The notes below the pieces were generated by a model. That model made no database searches. It was not told the origin of the DNA and saw only the letters and a list, made by a program, of their open reading frames with translations. Made by a program: the position numbers and the translations under genes. Positions 1-12,194 of a stretch of 64,000 nucleotides of DNA are shown here, one piece after another. Origin of the DNA: Octopus vulgaris. Its lineage: Eukaryota. Location: the NCBI GenBank assembly GCA_951406725.2, contig OX597837.1:28334001-28398000 (forward strand), in the 5' to 3' direction. Position 1 is the first letter of the stretch; each line of letters starts with the position of its first letter.

Positions 1-162
1 ATCTTCCCATGGTTTGCTGCTCTGTCTTTGCACGCCAGCTGGTGGTGTATAACTGACACCATAGCTAGGTCCACCACCGCCATATTTCATCCCACCCTTT
101 GGTACGTGTGGATGTGCCATTTTAGTCGGTCCTTCAAGATCTAATGGAACTGTGCGATATGT
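1..162 (-). CDS. Coding exon of the PDZ gene, running off the window edge
   Basis: Acceptor AAAATTCCAG| at 163-164, phase 0, open to position 1: TYRTVPLDLEGPTKMAHPHVPKGGMKYGGGGPSYGVSYTPPAGVQRQSSKPWED. YRTVPL resembles the YRTTPL motif of Zasp66-type proteins. Confidence 0.82.
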
Positions 163-464
163 CTGGAATTTTAATCAGGTGTTTTGGATTTTCGGTCAGG
201 ATTTCATTGTCAGGTTTTATTAGTTCCATTAATATTTCAGTGAGGTTGTTTTGGTGTAGATTTAGTGACATTTTCGTGAGGTTTCAGGTGACAGCATCAA
301 TGAGAATTGTTTAAAAAAGATGAAAAGAGAAAAGAAATTAAAAATTAATTGAATTTGGAGTAAAATATATCGGAGAATTATTTAATTCCTGGAAAACAAT
401 CAGTGGATATACAGGTGTGTTTGTGACTTCTTGAATATGGCTTCATTTTAAGTGTATGTGAGTG

Positions 465-495
<31 letters not shown>

Positions 496-496
496 A

Positions 497-627
497 CAGG
501 GTGTCCCCAAAAAATGTATACACATAGTGGTTCGGCAAAAGAGAACGATAGAATAAGTACTAGGCTTACAAAGAATAACAAATTTACAATTATTTAAGGT
601 GTGTATACATTTTTGGGGAACACCCTG
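497..627. mobile_element. Tc1/mariner-type MITE with an internal SINE fragment
   Basis: About 28-bp TIRs CAGGGTGTCCCCAAAAAATGTATACACA / TGTGTATACATTTTTGGGGAACACCCTG with TA flanks; 526-578 matches SINE family B. Confidence 0.75.
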
Positions 628-669
628 TATATATATATATGCGTTTGTGTATATATGTGTGTGTGCGTG

Positions 670-1043
670 TACGTGCACATATGTGTGTGTCTGTACATAT
701 ATGTGTGTGTACATATGTGTATTTGTGTATATATGTGTGTGTGTGTACATATGTGTATTTGTGTATATATATATATGTGTGTGTACATATGTGTATTTGT
801 GTATATATATATGTGTGTGTACATATGTGTATTTGTGTATATATATGTGTGTGTGTACATATGTGTATTTGTGTATATATATGTGTGTGTGTACATATGT
901 GTATTTGTGTATATATATGTGTGTGTGTACATATGTGTATTTGTGTATATATATGTGTGTGTGTACATATGTGTATTTGTGTATATATATGTGTGTGTGT
1001 ACATATATTTGTATATATATATATGTGTGTGTGTACATATGTT

Positions 1044-1045
<2 letters not shown>
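670..1045. repeat. About 36-bp minisatellite (GTACATATGTGTATTTGTGTATATATATGTGTGTGT)n
   Basis: About 10 tandem units, seen as HTHIYIHKYTYV repeats in ORF 448..1038. Confidence 0.9.
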
Positions 1046-1085
<40 letters not shown>

Positions 1086-1469
1086 CGTGTGTGTGTGTGT
1101 GTGTGTGTGTACTTATTGAATATTGTATTCTTTCTTCAATATTACTTTAAATATCATTATTATTATCATTATCATTATTATAATTATTGTTGTTACTACT
1201 ACTATTACTATTACTATCAATAATAAGAATGATACAAGATTAAAATTACTTGGATAGAAAATACACATGGTTTTTTTCCTACATCTACATGTGTGCGTTT
1301 CTGTGTAATTACTTACATTTCTCTATGACTGTATATGCGGATACACATGTACATTGATGCATGTGGGACTACATGTACGTGTGCATGTTCGCAGAGGGGT
1401 GCATGCTCGTGGTCTATACATGATGCAATTGTTAGCTGAGGACAACTGCTACGCATTATGAAAATACAA

Positions 1470-1528
<59 letters not shown>

Positions 1529-1708
1529 GTGTGTGTGTGTGTGTGCTGCCCCTCCCCCCATACTATTGCTGAGGGAGGCTGAGGAGTATAGATCTTGTTT
1601 ATGGGCCCTCAACTCGCGGCTGCAGGAATGCCTGCAAGGGGCAAGAAAGTCGATTGGGGATGAGGACTCATTTGTGTAACAGGTTTATCGCCTCATTATA
1701 CGTATTAA

Positions 1709-2099
1709 GTGTGGAGGCGCAATGGCCCAGTGGTTAGGGCAGCGGACTTGCGGTCATAGGATCGCGGTTTCGATTCCCAGACCGGGCGTTGTGAGTGCTT
1801 ATTGAGCGAAAACACCTAAAGCTCCACGAGGCTCCGGCAGGGGATGGTGGTGATCCCTGCTGTACTCTTTCACCACAACTTTCTCTCACTCTTACTTCCT
1901 GTTTCTGTTGTACCTGTATTTCAAAGGACCGGCCTTGTCACTCTCTGTGTCACGCTGAATATCCCCGAGAACTATGTTAAGGGTACACGTGTCTGTGGAG
2001 TGCTCAGCCACTTACACGTTAATTTCACGAGCAGGCTGTTCCGTTGATTCGGATCAACCGGAACCCTCATCGTCGTAACCGACGGAGTGCTTCCTTTCC
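1709..2099 (+). mobile_element. tRNA-derived SINE, family A
   Basis: A box TGGCCCAGTGG, B box GGTTTCGATTCC; TSD TACGTATTAA (1699-1708 / 2100-2109); near-identical copies at 11524, 13318, 49415 and 56061. Confidence 0.93.
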
Positions 2100-2725
2100 T
2101 ACGTATTAAATTGTTTGTATTTGTAACGGACTCTTTAGTCCATAAACTGGAACACTTGTAAAATCGTAAGAGGGTTAATACCTCATTCAGTGCTTTTTTA
2201 AAAAGAACAATGTTTTAGAGAAGCAAAAGTCGGCGGACGCTTTTCGTCTTCTCCCATCCTTATCATCCTTGTATTATTTTCATTCACCTCATTAATGTCC
2301 GTGTCCAGCCCGCAAGCTACCTTACTCTCTGTACTGCCTTTATGGCAAATTTTAATAAGATAATGTAGTGCCATGAACTTGTCCAGGAATACTAATATAT
2401 AACGTGTATAAATACAGGTAACATACATAGTATATTACCCTTTATAAAACTTACACGTTTTTTGACAGACTACTGTATATCTTGGCAGTAATTTGCAGAA
2501 AGGTACGTTGAGGTTTATAAAACATAAAATTACTTCTATGGTTTTTGTGTATTATCAATGCTATTATGCGGTTTATATTCTCAATACTAATCTATCTCAG
2601 GGCTCAACGCCGCACATCGTACTGCCCTGGATATAGGAATGGAGTGTGGACATACTGCTGACCCCAAACTTCCAAAGTTTGGTCACGTGTCACGCTTCAG
2701 AGTACATATATATATAAATATATAC

Positions 2726-2788
<63 letters not shown>

Positions 2789-2945
2789 TGTGCGTGTGCG
2801 TGTGTGTTCGTCGAACGGGAGCGTGAAACTCTGAGTAACAGCTTTTGTTATATTTCTGCTGCTTTTAAATAAATCATATTACTTTACTTCTGGTATTTGA
2901 GTACTCTTTTTTCCACCTTGTTTCACATTAATGTGCTTACTCTGG

Positions 2946-2982
<37 letters not shown>

Positions 2983-3156
2983 GAATAAAGGTAGAAATTG
3001 ATATTAATCAATTAAAACCAGTGGCTTAGCATATTAAGAAAATCCGAAGATTAAAATTTCGTGGAAAATAGCGATTTTGACGTCTATATCTAGCATATTG
3101 ACCGTCCACTTTTAGTGGTCAGTCCTTTAAATTATATATATATATATGTGTGTGTA

Positions 3157-3187
<31 letters not shown>

Positions 3188-3900
3188 CTATGAGTGTGTG
3201 CGCGTATAAATGTATATTTACGCATATATATGTATATATGTATATTAATAATAATACCCTTTATATAAGGGAAAACCTGATAAGCAGATTATATTACCAA
3301 CACTCTACACTAAATAACTTCAAGATTTATAATGGACAACAGATTCTTATACTATCAACGACCATAATAATATGCTCGTTATACAGATGTGCTTTAGTAA
3401 AGTTTGTATATTATATATAGATATGTTTTTTTTTTAAATACGTGCAGAATATATGTCCTCAGTGTAACCATGCAACATTATATGACCACGGGTAACTATA
3501 AAAGTGATAACTAATAACTAAAACTGTAACTAAGCAACAAACATTTTCTCAAGAATTCCACAAAACAAACAAATAACCTTTGTGTGGGATGGTCCCAGGT
3601 TCCTCAAGAATTTCCTTTAATGAGTCTCACGGCGTTTTCTTTCTCTAAACGGCTTAGCCTTTGTGGCTTTCAACAATTGTTGATAGTATAATCACCGTTG
3701 GCAACTTCAACCGAGAATTGAAACTGTATTGCCCCTTCTGTTATTCAGAAATAACCTATACTTGGTATTTATTTTAGCTCCGGTGAAGAGATTAAACGCA
3801 AGTTATTTAGTCTCTGTTAGTTTTATGTATTTAAGTATGATTAAAATTTCGTTTTTGGATTTGGTTTGCAAGATTCTTTATATGAGTTCGTGTGTTGAAG

Positions 3901-4179
3901 CATATTCTGTTGTGTCTGGGGAGAGTCATTCTCTTTTAGTACCTACCTTATTATTTAACACACTCACCGGTGAAATTTCCACTTATTTCTTATTTTATTT
4001 TCCTAAAATTTTCGTTGCGTCTTGCAACCTTTTCAAGTCAAGACTATTGAAAAGGTTGCAAGACGCAACGAAAATTTTAGGAAAATAAAAATAAGAAATA
4101 AGTGGAAATTTTACCAGTGAGTGTGTTAAATAATAAGACACTAAAAGAGAATGACTCTCCCCAGACACAACAGAATATG
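3901..4179. repeat. Long near-perfect palindrome (arms about 135 bp), probably inverted Penelope-like termini
   Basis: 3901-4036 is the reverse complement of 4047-4179 apart from a few mismatches and small indels; 10-nt spacer. Confidence 0.9.
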
Positions 4180-4884
4180 TTTAAAATGTACTATATATTA
4201 CGTTTCTCGTGTTGCGCTAATTTGCAAAGCTTAAAGCTTAAATTAAGTTCGGAGCTAAATGAAATTGTGATAGCATGACATAATGTAAGGTCAAATGGTT
4301 TGTGACTCTTTAAACACAACAGATGTACATGTGATATAATATAAGACAAGCACAATATTATATGTAATAACAAAACATATATAAGTGTGATAAACATATA
4401 ATGTGTGATAAAACACATGACGTTAGAAAATTTGATAAAATGTTAAAAACAAATGAAAATGAAAATGAAAATGAAAATTGCATGTTAAAACAGTGCGGCA
4501 CGAGACAGGCGATTCAATGTCCTAGTAAAAGCAATGGCGGAAGTGGTGTGAGTAGAGAAATCGTTTTGAATACTTTATTATCAAAAGATTACTTGACAGC
4601 TGTTTCTGGTACAGGAGAAACTGAATTCTATAAGAATAGAACCATTTTGACCGACGAGATGCTGGTTCATAAGTTCAATTCCAATGCAAGGGAATGCTTC
4701 GGTGTCTGTAGAGTAGCATATTTAATTCTCTATCGTTTCGAATTAAGTTGTTGGAGAGAAATCCCATGTGATCAAAGGGGAGCGTTTTATTCAGAGAATG
4801 AGAGGGAGAGAGAGAGGAGGGGGTCCTTACGTTTAACAAAAAATGAAATTAATATTCTTGGGTACGTGTTAAATGCCATATATA

Positions 4885-5103
4885 CGAAGGGGTGCTAAAA
4901 TGTTCCTGGTTTTAAGGGTGTCGCGAAAGGCCTGGCTGGTTGGGACCCAGCCTTCCGAGTTCTTTTTCAGGGCTTAGAAAAACTGAAGGACCACTGCAAT
5001 AAGTGTGTGATTCTGAGAGGAGAATATGTTGAATGATATTATAATCAACTGACCCTCCTGTATTTTCTTATACCCAAAGCCAGGAATTTTCAGCACCTTC
5101 TCA
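4885..5103 (+). mobile_element. Internally deleted mariner derivative
   Basis: Imperfect TIRs (CGAAGGGGTGCTAAAATGTTCCTGG / CCAGGAATTTTCAGCACCTTCTC); the interior encodes a mariner C-terminus, FFQGLEKLKDHCNKCVILRGEYVE*. Confidence 0.75.
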
Positions 5104-5107
5104 TATA

Positions 5108-5144
<37 letters not shown>

Positions 5145-5573
5145 AGGAAGATAGAGAGAGAGAAAGGAAAAGAAATTATGAAGGAGTTTGAGATTTAAGA
5201 AAAGGGTATTGCAAAACCAGTCGAAGAATTCGCGGTCCATAGATGTTCATCATCAGTGAACTTCCTCAAAGATTAAGAAGTTTAACCCTTGAAAACTCAC
5301 TCCAGCCCACTAGGGTTCCAGAGAGAGAATCTGTTCACCTAGTTCAAGGGTTTTATCTGTAAGTTAGTCCTGGCTAATTGCTAATTATTAATCACATCTC
5401 GACAGGTTTATGATTGAGAAAGGAGTATCTTAAAAGCAGAACCTTCTGCATATACCCTGAGCCGTAAGCATTTCGAGAGTAACGTCTGATGTTATCATCT
5501 TTGCTAAGCATTTGACATGATGTTTCTTCGTTTTTAGACTGGTTTACTTTAACAAAGTGAGTCCTGCGTGATT

Positions 5574-5629
<56 letters not shown>

Positions 5630-7479
5630 GTTATGAGAGGTAATGGTGTCAATGAGACCCAGGGGTGTCAGGTAATGCTGAATAAGTGCTATGAATAGAC
5701 CATAGTTAAGTTCCAGATTCGGTGATTATGCGAATAAGGGGTCTAACTTAGGTCATATGGACTCATTAAAAATAATTAGTTGCAGCTAATCCGTTTTTGC
5801 ATTAGCAGCAAGCGGCCAATCAGCTGAACCATGGAATTATGCCTTTGCTTATTCAATTTACCCGCGTGTATAACTGGTACCGTATTTTGCAGTCCCTACC
5901 CTCATCGAGAGGCAAAGAGAAAGTCGATTCTGATGCAATTTGAACTCAGAATATAGAGAGATGAAACTAAATACTGTTTGGATTTTAGTTGGTCTGGATT
6001 TTAGTTGGTCCCTCTATCACCATCCCGTCGTCTTTGTTGTTATTTCGAAATAATGAAGGAAAGAAACTTAGAACAATGAAAGAAGTGCAATGTTTTAGTG
6101 GATTGTGCTTTGTTGATGTATGAAGCGGTTTCAGAATACATTGCAAGGCAAAGAACACAATGTGGTAAAGTGCAGGTGAAACAGTTTTATTCTATACGTA
6201 GTGACAACACAACACGTGTTTAGATGTAGAGAGGACTGGATGAAATTTTAATTTAAGAATATGATACACGCAGTCAGATGTTGTACAGAGGACGCTGACG
6301 CCGACGAGGCCTTTATTTAACGTGGTGCAAAACAAAGTTTGACGAGATACAATTTGACATACACGCGAACTGAGATACAATGCAGATGATACAGATTTAT
6401 CATGATGCAGTGTGGATACACACGATGTAAAAAAATATTGTGCAGACAATGCAGATGTTTTTTTCTTCATGATGCAATGAGATAAGTACGGCATGAACTG
6501 CGACACACTGTAGAATGCACAAGACATAATGAAATCTGAAAGGAACACAATAAAACATGGCGCCATTGACACTCGTTTCAATGAGAAAATACGTAGAGTA
6601 TGAGAATGAAGCAGACGATAAGACAAATAAACAAAATGTGGTGAAATAATTGTAGGATAATTTGATGTCCAGAACGGTATATGATTTTAAAAAAGACATA
6701 TGAGATTGTATATTATTGATTTGACTGGGACATCAGGTTTCGCTCCCTAACAGCCTAAAAATCTTAAAGGAGTTTACCTTGTATTAATGTCCCTCATACA
6801 AACCAATATTTTGTACTAACTTCAATATAAGAAGACATTTGTGTTTGTAAAAGACAGTCTTCAATGATACAGGCCTCTGCTTTATTCAACAGCAGACGTT
6901 AACCACATTTGACCGAGTTTATATGATTCCGGTCTTCCGATCGAAAGCAAAGCGCTTTTTCATATATCCATAAACTGTTATACTGTAACTAGAACCTAGA
7001 TGTTTGACTTTTTACAGTATCACGTCTCTTATTGTTTATAGATGCTATGATTTCGTACAGCTTCCCGCTCTCAGAAGAATTCAAATATTTTGACAAATAT
7101 ATTGATAGCTTAGTATAATGGATTCAAAGTTCTTCTGAAATCCTGCTATCAACCCCTACCTAGCCCTCTATCCACTAAATCTATTCATTTGTCCCTGTAG
7201 CCCACTCTCCCATTCTCTCCCTCCCTTCTTCCGTACCTACCTACCTACCTACAAACTTTCTTTGTAGTTTGATCGTTGATGATCTATTTCTAGCATACGG
7301 CCGACTACCTAGCAGTCTTGCCCTGCCAATATATACATATATTAGAATTTTCTCTGATTTCTCAGTTTTTTTGTATGCTAGACTACTGGTTTTAAATTGA
7401 TATTAAAATTAATATTAATTTATCCCCTCATTATTTAAATATATATATATATATATATAATATATACGATCAATCTTAT

Positions 7480-7515
<36 letters not shown>

Positions 7516-8149
7516 TGGCTGGTAGGTGGAGACAACTCTTACAAGAAATTGCAAAAACCTATCCTGCTTGAGCGCTACGAGCAAGTTTGTTTGACTATTG
7601 TTTTTAAGTAGTGTATGACATCAAAGGAATCTCTCCGTTCATTTCAATTAATTAGACTCCCGCTTAATTTATCAAAAAAAAAACAAAAAAAAAAACCGAA
7701 CATGCTACCGTAATTTCCTCCACCATCTTGCAAAATATATTCGTGGAAGATGAATTTATTCTATCTTGAGTTATCTCCCCTACACACGCGCCGTATCAAA
7801 TTCAGAGACACAGATACGAGAAATTGACTGCAGACACTCGACCTGTTAGAATTAGAAATCAAATTGCCCTCAACTAACATCCTACTCTCCCAGCTAGATA
7901 ATATGGTCCTGGGACCATGAGCTAAACAACAACTGTACTGTCACCCGGTTTCGTTTTATAACGACATCACTGTCTCTTTTGTTTTGTAATGACATTATCG
8001 CTACGTTTCTGACAGGAATCTCTTAATTTTCCCTTTTAATTATATCTTTTTTTTTAATTATTATGATTAATGCTGGAGTAAATAGACATATTTTTTCGTC
8101 GTCTGAACATGAAGCAAAGGTGAAAACTATGACGATTTAACTGCCCTAA

Positions 8150-8370
8150 CCCTTTAGTGTTCAAATTTATATATCAAAAGTAATCCTTATTCATTTACAT
8201 TTAAAAAAAATTAATCTGGTATTATCTTGTAGCTTCAAGATTTGAAAGATGTAATTGTTTATTTTTAGAATGACATTGCAGGGTAGGTGTGAGAGGTCTG
8301 AGCTGGCTGGTTTGAGCATATAACAGGAAGACAATTTTGGCCTGATATGGCCGGTTTAAACACTAAAGGG
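8150..8370. mobile_element. piggyBac-like MITE
   Basis: Termini CCCTTTAGTGTT / AACACTAAAGGG, with TTAA on the right and CTAA on the left. Confidence 0.65.
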
Positions 8371-8453
8371 TTAATCTTTACACATCAACACTGCCGCTGA
8401 ATATTAACGTTGTCGCCTCTGTCATGGGGAATAAAACATTATTATTATTATTA

Positions 8454-8490
<37 letters not shown>

Positions 8491-9243
8491 CATTATTATT
8501 ATTATCATTATTATTTGTAGATACAACCCCATCCCGTAATGAACGCCGTAGAGACAACATCGGTAAGTGTAAAATTCATAAATATCTAGGGGAGTTTCGT
8601 TGTTTTTTGTTTTTTTTTTGTTCGCTTAATCCATTCTTTTATTTATTTGTTTAATTTTATATTTATTAATTATTATTTTTTTGGAGCATGTTGAATGTGC
8701 CATGAGGACACGAGATATCCCACGTTACAAGCATAAAAGACTGTTGAAGAACCCTTCAAGAAGGGTTCTTCGTCAGTAAGCTTTCTGGGGTGTTAATGCT
8801 TTTTAAATATATTTGTTATAGTTGTATAAATTGTTACATTTTTTGACCACATTTCTGCGGAATGAACATTGTATTTTTGTAAAAAAAAAAAAAAAAAAAA
8901 AATATCGGTTGATAAGTAATTAATCATCATTTGTTTTTTTAATACGGGAATTGCATGTTTTTTTTTTCTTTTTCTCTTTTTTTGTTTTGCGTTTTTCATT
9001 TATAAAAATCAAATGAAATATAACAGAAGAAATATCTTTTCGAAGGAGAATCTTTTAACATTTGAAACACAGAAGTATTATTTCTAAAATAAAGTATTTT
9101 TTTAGAAAAATAAATTAACTGGTATTTGGAAAATATATTTAAATTGCTTTTCTATTAAGATTCAGCAAACACAGTTTTTTTTCTTTTTCTGTTATACGCA
9201 TAAATTTTTAAAAATTCACACACGGATCTACCAAATATATATA

Positions 9244-9294
<51 letters not shown>

Positions 9295-9460
9295 TTTATC
9301 TTGACATGTTGAGGGCAAAGAAAAAAAGTCAACACATAAAATACTAAATACACAAGCAAAAAAGGGTTGATTACGCGTTAAACACCAAAGCAGCATAAAA
9401 ATCGTTAAAGGCGAGGGTACACACGCTGCGAAAATAATTTTAAAAGCGTATATTTTTAAA

Positions 9461-9513
<53 letters not shown>

Positions 9514-9718
9514 AGTATATTTTAAAAATTTTATACGAAAGCATTGGATTAATAAGACATTCCTAATATTAATATCAACAACAATATTGTTATCGATAAT
9601 GTATAATAATCACACCATACAGAGCGAAAGCTTGTGCGCATTTCTATTCTGTGCAAAAGGTATACATCGCTTTTTTTTTGTTTTATACTTTAGTTTTTTT
9701 TTGTTTTTTTTGTTCTAC

Positions 9719-10021
9719 CTGATCAAGTTCATCTGCCTGTTCTTCTTCGGTGTAAATAGGCCCAGGGACATAGTCGTCTTGCACTTCAACTTTGCTATAG
9801 TCAACGCCAAAACTAAAACCACCTCCTCCGAAATGTTTTTTGCCTTTACCTTTGGAAGATTTACTCGATTCTATTTTGGTCTTACGGAGAGGAGTGGTCG
9901 ATGATTTCTGTGTGGGCGGCATGGTTGTACTGGGCTTTTTCGGCTGGTTTCTTGTTTTTATTACAGTACTGCTCGCTTGAGGTTTCGGCTGTTGAGGCTG
10001 CACTTGTTGAGGGTAAAACTG
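9719..10021 (-). CDS. Coding exon of the PDZ gene (low-complexity Q/P/K/S/T region plus GGGG motif)
   Basis: Acceptor TTTTTCGTCTCTACAG|CAG and donor CAG|GTAGAA; 303 nt, phase 0/0. Encodes QFYPQQVQPQQPKPQ...KKHFGGGGFSFGVDYSKVEVQDDYVPGPIYTEEEQADELDQ (inside ORF 9683..10096). Confidence 0.85.
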
Positions 10022-10168
10022 CTGTAGAGACGAAAAACCAAGACACCTGTATACGTGTTCAATATACACAGTTGGGGATTCATTGACTTTGGACACGGAA
10101 TGGCTTAATTATTAGTATTATTATCAACTTTTTTTTTTTTTTTTTTTGTATTTTCAAATTTTACCTAC

Positions 10169-10180
10169 CCTGGCGCATGA
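10169..10180 (-). CDS. Candidate 12-nt microexon (SCAR) of the PDZ gene
   Basis: CT-rich tract then ...ATACCAG|TCATGCGCCAGG|GTAGGT; frame-preserving at phase 0 between the 21393 and 10021 exons. Confidence 0.4.
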
Positions 10181-10397
10181 CTGGTATGTATATATATGAG
10201 AGAAAGAGAGTGGGGGGACAGAAACAGAATTACATAAATACGTACTACAAATGCATGTACATATAAGTGTATGTACATGCATACGGACAGTCATACATGA
10301 TTATTACACAGGGATAAAAGTAGAAAAGTAAGACATATAGACAGACAGACAGTGAAGGAGGGAGACGCAGCGTTTGAGACAGATAGACAGTGTACAC

Positions 10398-10664
10398 CAG
10401 TAGTCCTCAACGGGGGTCCATATGGCCCTTAGCGGGCCATATAACATTTTATTGTTAAAATTTATGTGCTGTAAATTAGTTATACTTTTACAACACACAA
10501 TTGCTTTAACAAATATTTTTAATACAATTTCTAATCATATTTAATTATGAAAAATATAATGGGATTTTTTTAGAACATCAAATGGCTATGGGGGTCCATT
10601 TGAGCAAAATAGGAATGATAGGGGGCCATAGGTAAAAAAAAATGGTTGGGATTAAGGGCCACTG
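10398..10664. mobile_element. hAT-like MITE
   Basis: CAGT...ACTG termini, imperfect 8-bp TSD GTGTACAC/CCGTACAC; related copies at 33023-33244 and about 44310-45038. Confidence 0.65.
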
Positions 10665-10820
10665 CCGTACACTTTCTGTTACCTGCATTATTGATGAGGT
10701 CCAAGAAAAGAGCCGTCTAATATATATATATGACGTAACAAAATATGATGGATGTCAAAATGTGGGGGAAACTGTGTTTTAATAGATTTCTTAAGTCCAC
10801 TTTGTCTCTTTTGTAAAATA

Positions 10821-10961
10821 TAAGGTTGTCCCAAAAGTTCGTAGAAAGTTTTGGAAAATAATGGTCTTTATTTTGAGGAATAATTTTTGTTGTTTTTGTT
10901 AGTACTTGGCGAGTAAAAATTCAATTTTCGCAAGTGTTTACGAACTTTTGGGACAACCTAA
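10821..10961. mobile_element. mariner-type MITE
   Basis: TIRs T(A/T)AGGTTGTCCCAAAAGTTCGTA with TA flanks. Confidence 0.8.
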
Positions 10962-10992
10962 TAATAGTAATAATAATAATAATAATAATAAT

Positions 10993-11247
10993 GAAATTAT
11001 TGTATACAGTGCTCAGGTGCACCACAACTTGTCAGAAAGTGCGTATAAAGTATATGCAGTAATGTACAAATGTCTGGAAAGTGAACAGTGTACGAGTCAG
11101 ATACGTGCTTGCATGTGTATGGAGGGGAGAAAATCAGGTGTAGTGTTGGCGAATCTCAGAAAGCATGGAAGTTTTGAAGGATGCAGTGCTCCGACAACTA
11201 ACAACTGTTGCTGACAGTTTGTTCCATGCTTCAGCAAATCTTAGCGT
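10993..11247 (-). mobile_element. 5'-truncated CR1-type LINE 3' end
   Basis: Minus strand encodes TLRFAEAWNKLSATVVSCRSTASFKTSML...* (CR1 ORF2 C-terminal WNxL..VV....FK motif), followed by a 3' UTR and a (TAT)n tail. Confidence 0.75.
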
Positions 11248-11523
11248 ATGTTTTCAATAAAACAGTTTAAGAACTAAGGGGGAATAACTCAAGTAGATCG
11301 ATATGAATTGGGTTAAACGTTATGAGTGGTTGAATTAGTAAATGACGCACAATGATAACGTCTCCATTGTTTTAAAAAGTTTTATTTGTTTAATAAAGTT
11401 TCTGAATTAATTTGCATTAGTATAAGTGATTTATCTCCCTTGGATTCAAATGCTAATTTTTTTTTCTTTTTGCCAATAAAATTCCCGCTTATTTTGCTTC
11501 GTCGCATCAGTTATATAACGCGA

Positions 11524-11910
11524 TTGTGGAGGCGCAATGGCCCAGTGGTTAGGGCAGCGGACTCGCGGTCGGAGGATCGCGGTTTCGATTCCCAGACCGG
11601 GCGTTGTGAGTGTTTATTGAGCGAAAACACCTAAAGCTCCACGAGGCTCCGGCAGGGGATGGTGGTGATCCCTGCTGTTCTCTTTCACCACAACTTTCTC
11701 TCACTCTTACTTCCTGTTTCTGTTGTACCTGTATTTCAAAGGGCCGGCCTTGTCACTCTCTGTGTCACGCTGAATATCCCCGAGAACAACGTTAAGGGTG
11801 CACGTGTCTGTGGAGTGCTCAGCCACTTGCACGGTAATTTCACGAGCAGGCTGTTCCGTTGATTCGGATCAACCGGAACCCTCATCGTCGTAACCGACGG
11901 AGTGCTTCCA
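11524..11910 (+). mobile_element. tRNA-derived SINE, family A
   Basis: Full-length copy; 12-bp TSD TATATAACGCGA (11512-11523 / 11911-11922). Confidence 0.93.
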
Positions 11911-12194
11911 TATATAACGCGAGATAAAAAATCTGCGTGTGCGTGAAAGCGTGCATGAGCCTTTTTTTAATCATATAAGCACTGAAAATATTGTTTCCTC
12001 ATCCCTTTACATTTAAATATTACGTTTCTTTATTTTAAATATATTATTTCCTCATCACTATACAGTTTAAGTATTACGAAATATTGTAATGATTCTTAAA
12101 AAGTTGAACTCTTTGTAATTATGTGGTGATTGTTAAAAATATTGTTTTAGTTTTTACTACTACACAATCGCCATTCTGACTTATAAAACAAAGG

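Noticed and set aside
1713-1785. tRNA-like sequences at SINE heads (also 11528, 13320, 49417, 51005, 51626, 56370)
   Set aside because: They continue into SINE bodies with TSDs and lack a proper acceptor stem; not tRNA genes.
1795-2047. Recurrent ORFs MVVIPAVLFHH..., MFIERKHLK... and MRNWYLIYRPRK... at several loci
   Set aside because: Chance open frames inside SINE families A and C.
10022-10096. 5' extension of ORF 9683..10096 and an alternative acceptor at 10046
   Set aside because: The phase-0 acceptor at 10021 has a much better pyrimidine tract and matches the 52-nt exon. The extension is probably intronic and is kept only as a minor possibility.
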